This document shows positions 22,219-32,907 of a stretch of 64,000 bases of DNA, one piece after another (within the stretch, counting starts at the first letter, position 1; each line of letters begins with the position of its first letter). The notes below the pieces were generated by a model. It saw nothing but the letters and a program-made list of their open reading frames with translations, ran no database searches and had not been told where the DNA came from. Position numbers and translations under genes: made by a program. Source of the DNA: an uncultured Verrucomicrobiae bacterium (lineage in GTDB: Bacteria > Verrucomicrobiota > Verrucomicrobiia > Chthoniobacterales > JAATET01); the NCBI GenBank assembly GCA_963749035.1, contig CAVVKW010000001.1, positions 142,128 through 206,127 of the forward strand, read 5' to 3'.

Positions 22219-22664
22219 CGCAAAGCCGGGTTGTTCATGTGCGCCAAAGCCGGGTCGTCGTTCTTGCTCAGCAGCGCCAAATCCTTCCGGATCTCTTCCG
22301 AAGTCGTTGTAAAGATCGGAGTCGAGAAATGCTTCTTCACGTGCGTTGCGCAAAACACCGCGACCAACAGATGGAAGACCGCGAAGCCCAACGTGATCCA
22401 GACCCACGCCCAGCCAAAGAGCCAAGCCACCGCGAACGCCGCTGCCAGCAGAAAGAAAATGTAGAACAGAAACAAAAACACCAGTGCCGCTCCCAGCATC
22501 ACCACCAACCGAACGTAAAGCCCGAGCGCTTCTTTCGTCTCAGATCCTGCCAACGAAAACAGTGCCTGAAAATGTCGGGAGAAGGAGCCGAAGAGTCGGA
22601 TCGTCTCGGTGACGAAGCCCTCGTTGGCGTCAGTCGGGATGTTCGTTCGGGATGTGGATGGCAT
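22215..22664 (-). CDS. YqjE-like (DUF1469/phage-holin-like) membrane protein
   Basis: Two long hydrophobic helices, positioned between the DUF883 gene and the YqjK-like gene. Confidence 0.6.
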   Translation of the reverse strand: MPSTSRTNIPTDANEGFVTETIRLFGSFSRHFQALFSLAGSETKEALGLYVRLVVMLGAALVFLFLFYIFFLLAAAFAVAWLFGWAWVWITLGFAVFHLLVAVFCATHVKKHFSTPIFTTTSEEIRKDLALLSKNDDPALAHMNNPALR

Positions 22665-22721
22665 GATGACGCAAAAATCGGCGGGACACCTCTTGGCGTC
22701 CCGCCGCTACACAAAACTCGA

Positions 22722-23093
22722 TTACTTCCGGAGAATCAATCCAATCAGGAAGCCTGCGCCAAGCGCACAACCGACCGCCTGCAGAGGATTCTCGCGGACG
22801 TATTGCTCAGTGTCCGACTGGACGGATTTCGCCTTGGCCTGAGCTTCGTTAAACGCGTCCTGAGCCTTGCCCTTGTAAACTTCACCCTGGGCCGCCGCCT
22901 GCGTTTTAAGGTCAGCGTATTTCGCGTTCGCAGCGTCGCCGATGTCCTTGGCCGCCTTCGAGACCTGGTCCTTGCCCGTTGCGTAGGCATCTTTAGCCAC
23001 CGTTTTCGCGTGCTCGACCTTCGACTCCGGCTTGGAAGTTTCCGGCTCGTGAATCGGATGCTGGGAAATGAGATCTGTGACTTCTTCGGACAT
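22722..23093 (-). CDS. YqjD/ElaB (DUF883) family membrane-anchored stress protein
   Basis: Lys/Ala-rich helical region, then the C-terminal anchor ENPLQAVGCALGAGFLIGLILRK. Confidence 0.8.
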   Translation of the reverse strand: MSEEVTDLISQHPIHEPETSKPESKVEHAKTVAKDAYATGKDQVSKAAKDIGDAANAKYADLKTQAAAQGEVYKGKAQDAFNEAQAKAKSVQSDTEQYVRENPLQAVGCALGAGFLIGLILRK

Positions 23094-23242
23094 GATATTT
23101 AGGAGTGGATGATTGAACCGTTGATCGCACGAAAGGTGGCAGACGGTCGTATCGGCGGTAAAGAGATTTTGCGAACGGCCCCCCCGAATCCGAAGATCCC
23201 GGAAGCTCGACGGAATGAACGGAAATTATTTATCGTCCGCAA

Positions 23243-24319
23243 ATGCTGTCAAAGTTTGCCCCCGGTCGAGTCGAACTACTCGGAAACCATACCGATTACA
23301 ATCAGGGCGTCGTTCTTTCTGCCGCGCTGGACCTCGGCACGACCATCTCCGGTGAACGAACCGACAACGGCATCGTAACTCTGGAAAGCGAGGGATTCGG
23401 CGGAGTCGAACTCGCTCTGGCCGACGGACTCACAAAATCCGGTCAGTGGAGCGACTACGCGCTCGGCGTCGTTGCCGTTATGCGAAGAGAAGGTTTTCCG
23501 GTCGACGGCTTTACCGCCAAGGTCTCCTCCAACCTCCCGGTCGGAGCCGGCCTCTCCAGCTCAGCCGCCCTCGAAGTCGCGACCGCGGTCTTTCTCCGGG
23601 ACCTTTTCGAGCTCGAAATCGATCGGATGGGCATCGCGAAGCTGTGTCGCCGGGCGGAAAACGAATTCGTCGGCGTCAATTGTGGCCTCCTCGATCATGT
23701 CTCTTCCGTCTTCGGCGAAGCCGGACGCGCCGTTCACCTCGATTGCCGGGACGAAACCGTCCGCACCATCGCCTTCCCCGACGAAGTCGACCTTCTCATC
23801 ATCAACTCCGGCGGACACCACGAGCTCAGCGGCGGTGAATACAACGAGCGTCGCGAGCAGTGCATCGAAGCCGCCGAGGGACTCGGCGTGTCTTCACTTC
23901 GCGAAGCCACTCCGCAAATGCTTCGCGACGCCGACCTTTCCGACCTCGCCCGGCGCCGCGCCGCCCACGTAATCGGCGAAATCGAACGCGTCGAAGCCGC
24001 CGTCGACCTCCTCGGATCCGGCGACGTCGAAGGTTTCGGTCAGCTCCTGTCCGCCTCACATCGAAGCTCGATGGAAAATTTCGAAAACAGCACCCCCGAA
24101 CTCGACCAACTCGTCGAAGTCGCACTCCTCCAAGAAGGCGTGCTCGGATCGCGGCTCACCGGCGGCGGCTTCGGCGGCGCCACCGTTTCGCTCGTGCGCT
24201 CCGAAAATGTCGAAGCTGCCCGCCGAGCCATCCTCTCCGAATACAAATCCCGCACCGGAATCGAAACGGTCGCGTTCCGCTGCCGCATCGGCGAGGGAGC
24301 AGGCGCGACCGGCTTCTAG
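23243..24319 (+). CDS. galK: Galactokinase (GHMP kinase)
   Basis: Galactokinase signature PGRVELLGNHTDYNQG; GHMP motif PVGAGLSSSAALEVA. Confidence 0.92.
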   Translation: MLSKFAPGRVELLGNHTDYNQGVVLSAALDLGTTISGERTDNGIVTLESEGFGGVELALADGLTKSGQWSDYALGVVAVMRREGFPVDGFTAKVSSNLPVGAGLSSSAALEVATAVFLRDLFELEIDRMGIAKLCRRAENEFVGVNCGLLDHVSSVFGEAGRAVHLDCRDETVRTIAFPDEVDLLIINSGGHHELSGGEYNERREQCIEAAEGLGVSSLREATPQMLRDADLSDLARRRAAHVIGEIERVEAAVDLLGSGDVEGFGQLLSASHRSSMENFENSTPELDQLVEVALLQEGVLGSRLTGGGFGGATVSLVRSENVEAARRAILSEYKSRTGIETVAFRCRIGEGAGATGF

Positions 24320-25044
24320 CGAGCGACGCGACCGAGAGCCTCCCGCAGCCGCCCCTGCGCTGCCCGCCCGAGCCGCAATGGGTCCTCTCGACCTTCCAAC
24401 CACAGCAGCCCCTCGTCCCGCGACACGCGCCGCCAACGCCGCACCAACGCCCGGTTCACGATTCGGGACCGGTCGATTCGCACGAAAATCTCTTTCGGTA
24501 GAACGCCTCCATAATTTCCCAGTGATCGGCAAATCAACACCGGCTTCTCTCCCGCCACGAAAACCCGGGTGAAGTCGCCGTCCGCCTCCAACGCCACCAA
24601 TTTCGAAACACCCGTAACCAACGTCCGGCCCGGTGTTCGCAGGCAAATTCGGTCCCCCGCCGCGTAACACTCCTCACCCCCATCGGCCGTTTCACACACC
24701 GCCCGCAATCGGTTGACGGCCGCCTCCAAGCGACTCACCCGCACCGGTTTCAGCATGTAATCGACCGCGTCGATTTCAAACGCCCGAACCGCGTGTTCAG
24801 CGTGCGCCGTCACGAACACGACCCTCGAGCCCGCCGCGATTTCCCGGGCCAATTCGAACCCATCCCCGAGCGGCATCTGCACGTCGAGAAAGATGCCGAC
24901 TGGCCTCTCCCGCTCGATTAGCTCGAGCGCCGACTTCAGTCCGTCCGCCTCCCCGACAATCTCCACCCCCCCGATCTGCGACAGCGCGCGCCGCAAGGCC
25001 TGCCGCGCCAACCGCTCATCGTCGACCACCCCTACGCGAAGCAC
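24316..25044 (-). CDS. LytR/AlgR-family response regulator (receiver + LytTR)
   Basis: Receiver (VVDDERLARQAL..., FLDVQMPLGDG) plus a LytTR-type C-terminus. Overlaps the kinase gene. Confidence 0.88.
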   Translation of the reverse strand: MLRVGVVDDERLARQALRRALSQIGGVEIVGEADGLKSALELIERERPVGIFLDVQMPLGDGFELAREIAAGSRVVFVTAHAEHAVRAFEIDAVDYMLKPVRVSRLEAAVNRLRAVCETADGGEECYAAGDRICLRTPGRTLVTGVSKLVALEADGDFTRVFVAGEKPVLICRSLGNYGGVLPKEIFVRIDRSRIVNRALVRRWRRVSRDEGLLWLEGREDPLRLGRAAQGRLREALGRVAR

Positions 25045-26063
25045 GGCTCGCCCTCCAACGCCAGTTCCGCCCCGACCACCCCGTTACAATGACTGAGTTC
25101 GAAGGTCGATCGCCCCGGATAATGCAGCGCCAATCTCCTCCGCAACGTCTCCAACCCCACGCCCTCCACCACCTCCAGCGACTCCGGGATCCTCCCCGGA
25201 TTCGTCACCAGAATCCGTAACGTTGCCCCCTCGGACGTCGCCACCACCCCGATGACGCACCGTTCGGCCTTCAACCCGTGCTTCACCGCGTTCTCCACCA
25301 GAGGCTGCAGCAAAAAACTCGGCACCAGTCTCCGCCGCGCCAGGGTTTCCGCCTCGACCGTCGCCTCCATCCGTTCCCCGTATCGAACCTGCTCGATCCG
25401 CAGATACGCCACCATCGCGTCGATCTCCGTCGCCAGCGGAGACACGAGGTGATGCCGCTGATCGAGGGAAAACCGCAGGTAATCCGCCAATTCATGAATC
25501 ATTTCCTCCGCCGCCTCCGGTCGCTCCGGGATTTCCGCAGCCACGCTGTTCAGAGAATTGAAGAGGAAGTGCGGATCGAGCTGCGCCCGCAACAAATCCA
25601 ACTCGACGCGCTCGGCCTGCTGCAAAGCCCCCACCGCCAACCGCCGCGACCGCAAAGCGTAGAACGCCAGACTCCAGCTCAGAAACGCAAACCAACTGAA
25701 GACCAACCGCAACAACCACTCCTCCCTCGACGACCAACCCGGCGGCGTGGAATCCAAAACGTCCGACCACCCCCGCGCGATCGCCGCCGTCACGATTGCC
25801 GCTAGAAAACTTACGCCGACAAGCATCGCGGCCGTCACCACGCCAAAGTTGTCCTCCGGCTGCGTTCGCTGGTATGCCCAGAAAAGGATTCCCGAAATCA
25901 GAAACGCGATCGGCTCCAGAACGACCGTGAAAAGCAACGCCGAACCGACACTTTGGAACAACAGACACCGAATCCCGAACGCCACCACCGCAAACGCACT
26001 CCACGCCAGAAAATTCCAGCGCCAGAACGCCCAACGATCCTCCCAACCACGAGTCAGCATCAC
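25032..26063 (-). CDS. LytS/YehU-type sensor histidine kinase
   Basis: Multi-TM N-terminus, His_kinase motif LDPHFLFNSLNSV, and an HATPase region. Confidence 0.88.
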   Translation of the reverse strand: MMLTRGWEDRWAFWRWNFLAWSAFAVVAFGIRCLLFQSVGSALLFTVVLEPIAFLISGILFWAYQRTQPEDNFGVVTAAMLVGVSFLAAIVTAAIARGWSDVLDSTPPGWSSREEWLLRLVFSWFAFLSWSLAFYALRSRRLAVGALQQAERVELDLLRAQLDPHFLFNSLNSVAAEIPERPEAAEEMIHELADYLRFSLDQRHHLVSPLATEIDAMVAYLRIEQVRYGERMEATVEAETLARRRLVPSFLLQPLVENAVKHGLKAERCVIGVVATSEGATLRILVTNPGRIPESLEVVEGVGLETLRRRLALHYPGRSTFELSHCNGVVGAELALEGEPCFA

Positions 26064-26194
26064 CCCGACGCTATCACCACAGCCGGTCGGAACCTAATCA
26101 ATCCGCACGCGAGCCCGCCCGCTTCACCGAGTTCTGCGCCTGACTCGTCGAGTTCCGCTTTTCAACCCCCCAACGACGGACCGATTCATTCGGT

Positions 26195-29100
26195 ATGTCA
26201 CGGCCCTCCCTCCGCTCCGTCCTCCTCTGTTTCGCATTCCTCCCCCTCGCTCACCAATCGACCTTCGCCCACGGATCGATGGCCGATCCCATCAGCCGCT
26301 CCTACGACGTCTTTCTCGGGAATCCCCAGACGCCTGACAACCCGGCCCACGTCGCCGCCATCGCCGCCGCAGGCACGCAGGCCTTCTACGACTGGCACGA
26401 AGTCTCCGGCCTTTTTCCCGACTTCGACTACCAAGCCAGAATCCCCGACGGGCAACTCCCCGGAGTCGGTCGCGCCAAATACGCCGGCCTCGACCTCGCT
26501 CGCGCCGACTGGCCCGCCACCCCCGTTGCCCCCGGCCCCTACGCCTGCACCTTTTACGCTGCCACTCCCCACGACCCCTCATTCTTCGAACTCTACCTGA
26601 CCAAACCCGGCTACGATCCCACCGCCCCCCTCCGGTGGTCCGATCTCGAGCGCTTGCCCGATCCCACCGACACCCGGCTCGAGGGATCGAACTACAAGTT
26701 CACCGCCAACCTTCCCGCCCGCACCGGTCGTCACGTGCTCTACGTTATCTGGCAGCGCATCGACCCCGCCGGCGAAGCCTTCTTCTCGACCAGCGATCTC
26801 AGCTTTGACGGTGGCTCCAACCCCAACCCAACTCCAAACCCCGCTCCAACCCCCACCCCAGGGAGCCACCACGGCCACGCCACGCTCGATGTCACCAACG
26901 ATTGGGGGGCCGGCTTCGTCGGTCGAATCCAAGTCGAAAATTCCACGCACTCCCCCCTCCGGGAATGGACCGTGCAATTCGATCTCGACCGCCAGATCGT
27001 CGGCCTCTGGGACGGCGAGATCGTGTCCCAAGTCGGCAACACCTACGTCGTTCGCAACGCCCCGTGGAATGGCACCGTCTCCGCCCACGGCTCCCTCTCA
27101 TTCGGAATCCAAGCCAGCGGCGGGGATGGCACCGTCCAGCCCACCCACGTCAAGTTTCTCAACGCCACACCAACACCAACACCAACACCAACACCAACAC
27201 CAACACCAACCCCGACTCCGCAACCAACTCCCACACCAACGCCAACGCCAACGCCAACGCCAACGCCAATCCCAATCCCAACCCCGACGCCAACCCCGAC
27301 GCCAACCCCGACGCCGCAACCAACTCCCACGCCAACTCCAACTCCGACTCCGACTCCGACTCCGACTCCGACTCCGACTCCGACTCCAACGCCAATCCCC
27401 GGATTGCCGAACACCACCGTCGAGCTCGCCGAGGCTCGGATCACCTTCACCGTCTCGAGCGATTGGGGCAGCGGATTCGAAGCCCGCGTCGAGATTCGGA
27501 ATTTGACCGCCCAACCGCTGCCGGCTTGGAAACTCACCTTCGATCTTCCGCGCGCCATCCAAAACATCTGGAGCGCCCGGATCTCTGCGACCTCGGGAGA
27601 CACCCGCACCATCGACGCCCAGCCATTCGCCTGGAACGCGACCATCCCCGTCGGCGGCAGTCAATCATTCGGCTTCATCGGTGAATCCGGCGGACTTACG
27701 CAACCACCCACGAACTTCTCACTCACCCACAGCGGCACTTCCCCTACTCCTACTCCTACTCCTACTCCTACTCCTACTCCTACTCCTACTCCGAGCCCGA
27801 CACCGACACCCACCCCGACACCGACACCGACACCGACACCGAGTCCAACTCCCGCTCCGTCGCCATCTCCGACACCCGCTCCGTCGCCGACTCCGACGCC
27901 CACCCCCGGCGAATACAACTACGGCGAGGTCCTGCAAAAATCCCTCTACTTCTACGAAGCCCAGCGTTCCGGCGTCCTCCCGCCCGACACCCGCGTCGCG
28001 TGGCGAGGAAACTCCGCCGTCGCCGACGGTGCCGACGTCGGCCTGGACCTCACCGGCGGCTACTACGACGCCGGCGACCACGTGAAATTCGCCCTCCCGA
28101 TGTTCAGCACGCTCACCCTCCTGGCGTGGGGCGGTATCGAATACCCCTACGGCTACGGCACCGAACGCGACACCCTGCTCGACACCGTCCGCTGGGGCAC
28201 CGACTGGATTCTCAAAGCCAACCCCGCACCGAACGTTCTCTACGGCCAGGTCGGCAACGGCGGCCTCGATCACTCCTACTGGGGTCCCGCCGAGACGATG
28301 ACCATGCCCCGCCCGGCCTACGCCATCACCGCACAAGCGCCCGGCACCGAGATCGCCGCCGAAGCCGCCGCCGCCCTCGCCGCCGCGTCGCTCCTCTTCC
28401 AGGACGACGACCCCACCTACGCGGCAACCCTCCTCACCCGATCCCGCCAGCTCCACGTCTTCGCCGACACCCACCGCGGCACCTACGTCGACGCCATCCC
28501 CGATGCCGCCGCCTACTACTATTCCTACTCCGGCTACTTCGACGAACTCATGTGGTCCGCCGCCTGGCTCCACCGCGCCACCGGCGAAGCCGCCTATCTC
28601 CAGCAAGCCGAATCCATCTTCGCCCAGAAATGTTCCAACGCCACCCCTCGCTGGACCCACAACTGGGACGACAAAGGCTACGGCGCCGCCCTCCTCCTCG
28701 CCCAACTCACCGACAAACCCGCTTACAAAACCATCACCGAACGCTGGCTGAACTACTGGACCACCGGCGACAACGGCGCCCGCGTCACCCACACCCCCGG
28801 CGGCCTCGCCTGGCTCGCGAAGTGGGGCAGCCTCCGCTACGCCACCACCACCGCTTTCCTCGCCGGACTCTACGCCGACCGCGTCCGTGACGTCGGCACC
28901 CGCTACGCCGATTTCGCCAAACGCCAGGTCGACTACGCACTCGGCGACAACCCCACCAGCCGTTCCTACGTGGTCGGCTTCGGTCAAAATCCGCCCGTCC
29001 ACCCGCACCACCGCGGAGCCCACGGTTCATGGGCAAATTCCATCACCTCCCCCGCCGACAATCGCCACGTCCTCTACGGAGCCCTCGTCGGCGGGCCATC

Positions 29101-29722
29101 CGCCCCGTCCGACACCGCCTACGAAGACGACCGATCCAACTACATCGATAACGAAGTCGCCCTCGACTACAACGCCGGCTTCACCGGGGCCCTCGCCCGC
29201 CTCGCCTCCCTCCACGGCGGTTCCCCCCTCACCAACTTCCCGCCAGCGGAAATCCCCGACGACGAATTCTTCGTCGAAGCCGCCATCAACGCCTCCGGCC
29301 CCACCTTCACCGAGATCCGCGCCTTCCTGAACAACCGCTCCGCCTTCCCCGCCGGTGCGTCCGACTTCCTTTCGTTCCGCTACTACCTCGACCTCACCGA
29401 ACTGATCGCCACCGGCTACCAACCGACCGACCTCACCCTCACCACCGGTTACAACCAAGGTGCCACCGTCACCGGGCCGTTCCTCCACGACGCCGCGCGA
29501 GACCTCTACTACCTCCTCGTCGACTTCACCGGCACCCGCCTCGCCCCCGGCAGCTCACAGACCTTCCGCAAAGAAGTCCAATTCCGCATCACCGCCCCCA
29601 CCGCCGCCTGGGACCCCGCCAACGACCCTTCCTACCAAGGCCTCGGCACCGGTACACCAGCACTCTCCGATCACCTCCCGGTCTTCCAGATCAACGACCT
29701 CCTCGGCGGCCAGATTCCGTAG
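26195..29722 (+). CDS. Secreted multimodular enzyme: AA10 lytic polysaccharide monooxygenase - CBM2 - PT linker - CBM2 - PT linker - GH9 endoglucanase - CBM3c
   Basis: Signal peptide ends ..STFA|[12 protein letters not shown], so His would be residue 1 of the mature protein. AA10 region parallels CBP21-type LPMOs ([27 protein letters not shown]). Two CBM2-like modules ([14 protein letters not shown].., [14 protein letters not shown]..). GH9 motifs [31 protein letters not shown]3c-like tail. Approximate nt: AA10 26270-26810, CBM2a 26880-27160, CBM2b 27410-27735, GH9 27908-29240, CBM3c 29250-29719. Confidence 0.9.
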   Translation: MSRPSLRSVLLCFAFLPLAHQSTFAHGSMADPISRSYDVFLGNPQTPDNPAHVAAIAAAGTQAFYDWHEVSGLFPDFDYQARIPDGQLPGVGRAKYAGLDLARADWPATPVAPGPYACTFYAATPHDPSFFELYLTKPGYDPTAPLRWSDLERLPDPTDTRLEGSNYKFTANLPARTGRHVLYVIWQRIDPAGEAFFSTSDLSFDGGSNPNPTPNPAPTPTPGSHHGHATLDVTNDWGAGFVGRIQVENSTHSPLREWTVQFDLDRQIVGLWDGEIVSQVGNTYVVRNAPWNGTVSAHGSLSFGIQASGGDGTVQPTHVKFLNATPTPTPTPTPTPTPTPTPQPTPTPTPTPTPTPTPIPIPTPTPTPTPTPTPQPTPTPTPTPTPTPTPTPTPTPTPTPIPGLPNTTVELAEARITFTVSSDWGSGFEARVEIRNLTAQPLPAWKLTFDLPRAIQNIWSARISATSGDTRTIDAQPFAWNATIPVGGSQSFGFIGESGGLTQPPTNFSLTHSGTSPTPTPTPTPTPTPTPTPSPTPTPTPTPTPTPTPSPTPAPSPSPTPAPSPTPTPTPGEYNYGEVLQKSLYFYEAQRSGVLPPDTRVAWRGNSAVADGADVGLDLTGGYYDAGDHVKFALPMFSTLTLLAWGGIEYPYGYGTERDTLLDTVRWGTDWILKANPAPNVLYGQVGNGGLDHSYWGPAETMTMPRPAYAITAQAPGTEIAAEAAAALAAASLLFQDDDPTYAATLLTRSRQLHVFADTHRGTYVDAIPDAAAYYYSYSGYFDELMWSAAWLHRATGEAAYLQQAESIFAQKCSNATPRWTHNWDDKGYGAALLLAQLTDKPAYKTITERWLNYWTTGDNGARVTHTPGGLAWLAKWGSLRYATTTAFLAGLYADRVRDVGTRYADFAKRQVDYALGDNPTSRSYVVGFGQNPPVHPHHRGAHGSWANSITSPADNRHVLYGALVGGPSAPSDTAYEDDRSNYIDNEVALDYNAGFTGALARLASLHGGSPLTNFPPAEIPDDEFFVEAAINASGPTFTEIRAFLNNRSAFPAGASDFLSFRYYLDLTELIATGYQPTDLTLTTGYNQGATVTGPFLHDAARDLYYLLVDFTGTRLAPGSSQTFRKEVQFRITAPTAAWDPANDPSYQGLGTGTPALSDHLPVFQINDLLGGQIP
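27168..27400. repeat. Tandem hexamer DNA repeats encoding PT linker 1
   Basis: Runs of (ccaaca)n, (ccaacg)n and (ccgact)n. Confidence 0.9.
27744..27906. repeat. Tandem hexamer DNA repeats encoding PT/PS linker 2
   Basis: Runs of (cctact)n and (ccgaca)n. Confidence 0.9.
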
Positions 29723-29771
29723 GCCACCCGGACGAAACGCCCGACCAATCCCCCCACCTCGAACGACGCCC

Positions 29772-30626
29772 TTAATCGCGAAAAACGATCGCCCGCGCCC
29801 CGTGGACGAGCACCCGGTCTTCAACGTAGAAACGCACCCCTCGCGCCAACGCGAGCCGTTCGCAATCGCGGCCGATCCGCTTGAGATCACCGATCTCGTG
29901 AAAGTGCTCCACCCGCATCACTTCCTGTTCGACGATCGGACCCGCGTCCAGTTCCGCCGTCGCGTAGTGACACGTCGCGCCGATCAGCTTCACCCCCCGC
30001 TCGAAGGCCTGCCGATACGGATTCGCGCCCGCAAACGCCGGCAAAAACGAATGGTGAATGTTCAGCACCCGCCCCGCCCATTTTTCACAAAACCAGTCCG
30101 GTAAAATCTGCATAAACCGAGCCATCACGATCAACTCGGCCCCGAGCGCCACGCACCGCTCATCGATCCGTCGGAAGGCCGCGTCCCGCTCCGCCGCCGG
30201 AATCTCGATTCGCTCAAAGGCCAACCCCTCCGCCTCCACCAAACCCCGGCAATCCTCGTGGTTCGCGATCACCGCCGGGATCTCCACCCGCAGTTCCCCG
30301 CCCCGCTTCCGCCAAAGCAATTCCGCCACGCAATGCTCCTCCCGGCTCGCCAGCACCACCATCCGGAGTGCCTCACCCGCCCCCCGCAGCGACCATTTCG
30401 CCCTCAGCTCCTCCGCGATCGGCCCCAACCCCGACCGCAGTTTCTCCGCCCCGCCCGGCCCGGGCTCGATTTGCATCCGCGTGAAAAACCAGCCGCTCAG
30501 CGGATCCGTGTATTGATGCACCTCCGTCAGGTTCGCCCCGCACCCAGCGAGAAACCCCGTCAACCGCGCCACCAAGCCCACCGCATCCGGGCAATTCAGT
30601 TTCAAAATCTCCGTCCCACCGCTCAT
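29772..30626 (-). CDS. purU: Formyltetrahydrofolate deformylase
   Basis: ACT domain (ILKLNCPDAVGLVARLTGFLA) plus formyltransferase (NIHHSFLPAFAGANPY). Start at MSGGTEILKL (cat 30624-30626). Confidence 0.9.
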   Translation of the reverse strand: MSGGTEILKLNCPDAVGLVARLTGFLAGCGANLTEVHQYTDPLSGWFFTRMQIEPGPGGAEKLRSGLGPIAEELRAKWSLRGAGEALRMVVLASREEHCVAELLWRKRGGELRVEIPAVIANHEDCRGLVEAEGLAFERIEIPAAERDAAFRRIDERCVALGAELIVMARFMQILPDWFCEKWAGRVLNIHHSFLPAFAGANPYRQAFERGVKLIGATCHYATAELDAGPIVEQEVMRVEHFHEIGDLKRIGRDCERLALARGVRFYVEDRVLVHGARAIVFRD

Positions 30627-30638
30627 AATCGAAGCATC

Positions 30639-30854
30639 GTGAACCCTGAGGCCAAAATCCAAAACCCAAAAGCCACCGTCCTCCCCCTCCTCTGCTGCCC
30701 CCACACGCACCAGCCGCTCCGCCCCGCCACCCCCGCCGAACTTACCACCCTCGGCCTCACCGACGCCCTCGTCCGTAAAGACGGCCAGGCCGCCTACCCC
30801 GTCCGCGACGGCATCCCGATCCTCCTCCCCGAGGAATCGATCCCTCTGGGTTAA
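30639..30854 (+). CDS. Trm112/UPF0434-like small protein (start uncertain, GTG proposed)
   Basis: The C-terminal part of ORF 30258..30854 reads LLCCPHTHQPL....YPVRDGIPILLPEE, the Trm112 zinc-ribbon-like pattern. The upstream part of that ORF is antisense to purU. Confidence 0.5.
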   Translation: MNPEAKIQNPKATVLPLLCCPHTHQPLRPATPAELTTLGLTDALVRKDGQAAYPVRDGIPILLPEESIPLG

Positions 30855-30856
30855 AA

Positions 30857-30890
30857 AACCTTCGCGCCTTCGCGCCTTCGCGTGAGAACC
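30857..30890. repeat. GC-rich REP-like repeat (CCTTCGCG)x3-TGAGAACC upstream of thrS
   Basis: aaccttcgcgccttcgcgccttcgcgtgagaacc; same family as 3768-3800 (inverted) and 3941-3995. Confidence 0.6.
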
Positions 30891-30904
30891 TCCCGGCCCT
30901 TCTC

Positions 30905-32782
30905 ATGACTCCGCAAATGACCGAACTCGAGCGTCTCCGCCACTCCTGCGCCCACGTTCTCGCCACCGCCATTCTCAAAATCTGGCCCGACGCCCAGTTC
31001 GCCGCCGGCCCACCCGTCGACCAGGGCTTCTACTACGACGTCGACCTCGACCACCGCATCAGCCCCGAAGACTTCGAGAAAATCGAAGCCGCCATGAAGA
31101 CCGAGACCAAGGCCAACAACCCCTTCGAACGCGTCGAGATCTCTCGCGCCGAAGCCATCGCCCTCGCCGAAGCCGGCGAACTTGCCGCCCTCGGGCCCCG
31201 CTCCGCCCCGTCGAAGTTCAAACTCGATATCCTCACCCGCATCCCCGAAGGCGAGACCATCACCCTCTTCCGCAACGGCGAATTCACCGATCTCTGCGCC
31301 GGACCGCACGTTCCCCGCACCGGCAATCTCAAAGCCTTCAAGCTCACCCACGTCGCCAGCGCCTACTACCTCGGCGACGAAAACAACCCTCAACTCCAGC
31401 GCATCTACGGCACCGCCTTCAAGAACAAGACCGAGATGGCCGAGCACTTCGAGATGCTCGAAGAAGCCAAGCGCCGCGACCACCGCAAGATCGGCGCCGA
31501 GATGGGTCTCTTCGCCATGGACCCCGACTACGTCGGCCCCGGCCTCCCCTTGTGGCTACCAAAAGGCACCGTCCTCGTCGAAGAACTCGAAAAATTGGCG
31601 AAGGAAACCGAATTCGCCGCCGGCTACGACCGCGTCCGCACCCCGCACCTCGCCCGCGAGAAGATGTATCAGACCAGCGGCCACCTCCCCTACTACGAAG
31701 ACAGCATGTTCCCCCCGATGGAACTCAGCGAATCCTCCAACGGCGAAGCCGCTGACTCCTCCACTCAACCCTCAACACTCAACCCTCAACCCGCCGAAGG
31801 CGACTCCGACCGGTATTACTTGAAGGCGATGAACTGCCCGCACCACCACCGCATCTTCGCGGCGGAGCCCCGCAGTTACCGCGACCTTCCCCTCCGGTTC
31901 GCCGAATACGGCTGCTGCTACCGCTACGAGCAATCCGGCGAGCTCCTCGGCCTCATGCGCGTCCGCAGCATGCAGATGAACGACGCGCACATCTACTGCA
32001 CCGAAGAGCAGTTCGCCGACGAGTTCCGCGCCGTCAACGAGATGTATCTGAAGTATTTCAAGATCTTCGGCCTCGACCGCTACCAGATGCGGTTCAGCAC
32101 CCACGACCCCGCCAAGCTCGGCCAGAAGTTCGTCGACGACCCCGCCCTCTGGAAAAAAACCGAAGACATGGTCCGCCGCGTCCTCATCGACTCCGGCATT
32201 AACTACGTCGAAGTCCCCAACGAAGCCGCCTTCTACGGACCCAAGATCGACGTCCAGGTTTGGAGTGCCATCGGCCGCGAATTCACCATCGCCACCAACC
32301 AAGTCGACTTCGCCGTCCCGTCGAAATTCGGCCTCGTTTACAAGACCAGCGAGAATACCGAGGCCACCCCGCTCTGCATCCACCGCGCCCCGCTCGGCAC
32401 GCACGAGCGCTTCATCGGCTTCCTCATCGAGCACTACGCCGGCAATTTCCCCCTCTGGCTCGCCCCCGAGCAGGTCCGCATCATCACCATCGGCACCGAC
32501 GAACCGCTCGTCGACTACGCGCAAAAAATCCACGCCGAACTCCGCGCCCAGGGCGTCCGCGCCGAACTCGACGCCACCGCCGACAACATGAAAGGCAAGA
32601 TCCAGCACGCCGAGCAGCGCAAGGTCCACACCATGCTCGTCATCGGCATGCGCGACTTGGAAGCCGGCAACGTCAGCCTCCGCCTCCACGGCCAAGGCAA
32701 CAAAGGAGCCAAGCCCCGCAACGTCGCCATCGCCGATATCCTCACCCAAATCCGCGAACGCTCAGACTCATCCACAGAATAA
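30905..32782 (+). CDS. thrS: Threonine--tRNA ligase
   Basis: Editing-site motif HSCAHVLA, class II core (MNCPHHHRIF), anticodon-binding domain. Carries a heptamer-repeat-encoded insertion at 31764-31791. Confidence 0.96.
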   Translation: MTPQMTELERLRHSCAHVLATAILKIWPDAQFAAGPPVDQGFYYDVDLDHRISPEDFEKIEAAMKTETKANNPFERVEISRAEAIALAEAGELAALGPRSAPSKFKLDILTRIPEGETITLFRNGEFTDLCAGPHVPRTGNLKAFKLTHVASAYYLGDENNPQLQRIYGTAFKNKTEMAEHFEMLEEAKRRDHRKIGAEMGLFAMDPDYVGPGLPLWLPKGTVLVEELEKLAKETEFAAGYDRVRTPHLAREKMYQTSGHLPYYEDSMFPPMELSESSNGEAADSSTQPSTLNPQPAEGDSDRYYLKAMNCPHHHRIFAAEPRSYRDLPLRFAEYGCCYRYEQSGELLGLMRVRSMQMNDAHIYCTEEQFADEFRAVNEMYLKYFKIFGLDRYQMRFSTHDPAKLGQKFVDDPALWKKTEDMVRRVLIDSGINYVEVPNEAAFYGPKIDVQVWSAIGREFTIATNQVDFAVPSKFGLVYKTSENTEATPLCIHRAPLGTHERFIGFLIEHYAGNFPLWLAPEQVRIITIGTDEPLVDYAQKIHAELRAQGVRAELDATADNMKGKIQHAEQRKVHTMLVIGMRDLEAGNVSLRLHGQGNKGAKPRNVAIADILTQIRERSDSSTE

Positions 32783-32826
32783 ACGGACCGACCCAGGTCT
32801 GATTTCAGCATTCCGAATCGAATGCC

Positions 32827-32883
32827 AAAAATCTGCGTCCCTCGGCTTAATCTGCGGACAAAACTCAGGTAACGACATCGCCA
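32827..32883. repeat. Left 57-bp direct repeat bracketing the CRISPR-Cas locus
   Basis: aaaaatcTgcgtccctcggcttaatctgcggacaaaactcaggtaacgaCatcgcca; 55/57 identical to 46169-46225. Confidence 0.95.
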
Positions 32884-32907
32884 TAAAGTCCTTTGAACGG
32901 ACAACCC

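Noticed and set aside
30258-30638. The N-terminal 127 aa of ORF 30258..30854.
   Set aside because: It is Arg/Pro-rich and antisense to purU. Only the last ~70 codons show the Trm112-like pattern, so the call was trimmed to a GTG at 30639, with low confidence.
32784-32907. Possible psi-spacer target or reverse repeat-like motif (gatttcagcattccgaatcgaatgcc) in the cas3 upstream region.
   Set aside because: Similarity to both the repeat tail and the psi-spacer needs indels, and there is no adjacent TTC PAM. It is not distinguishable from chance by eye.
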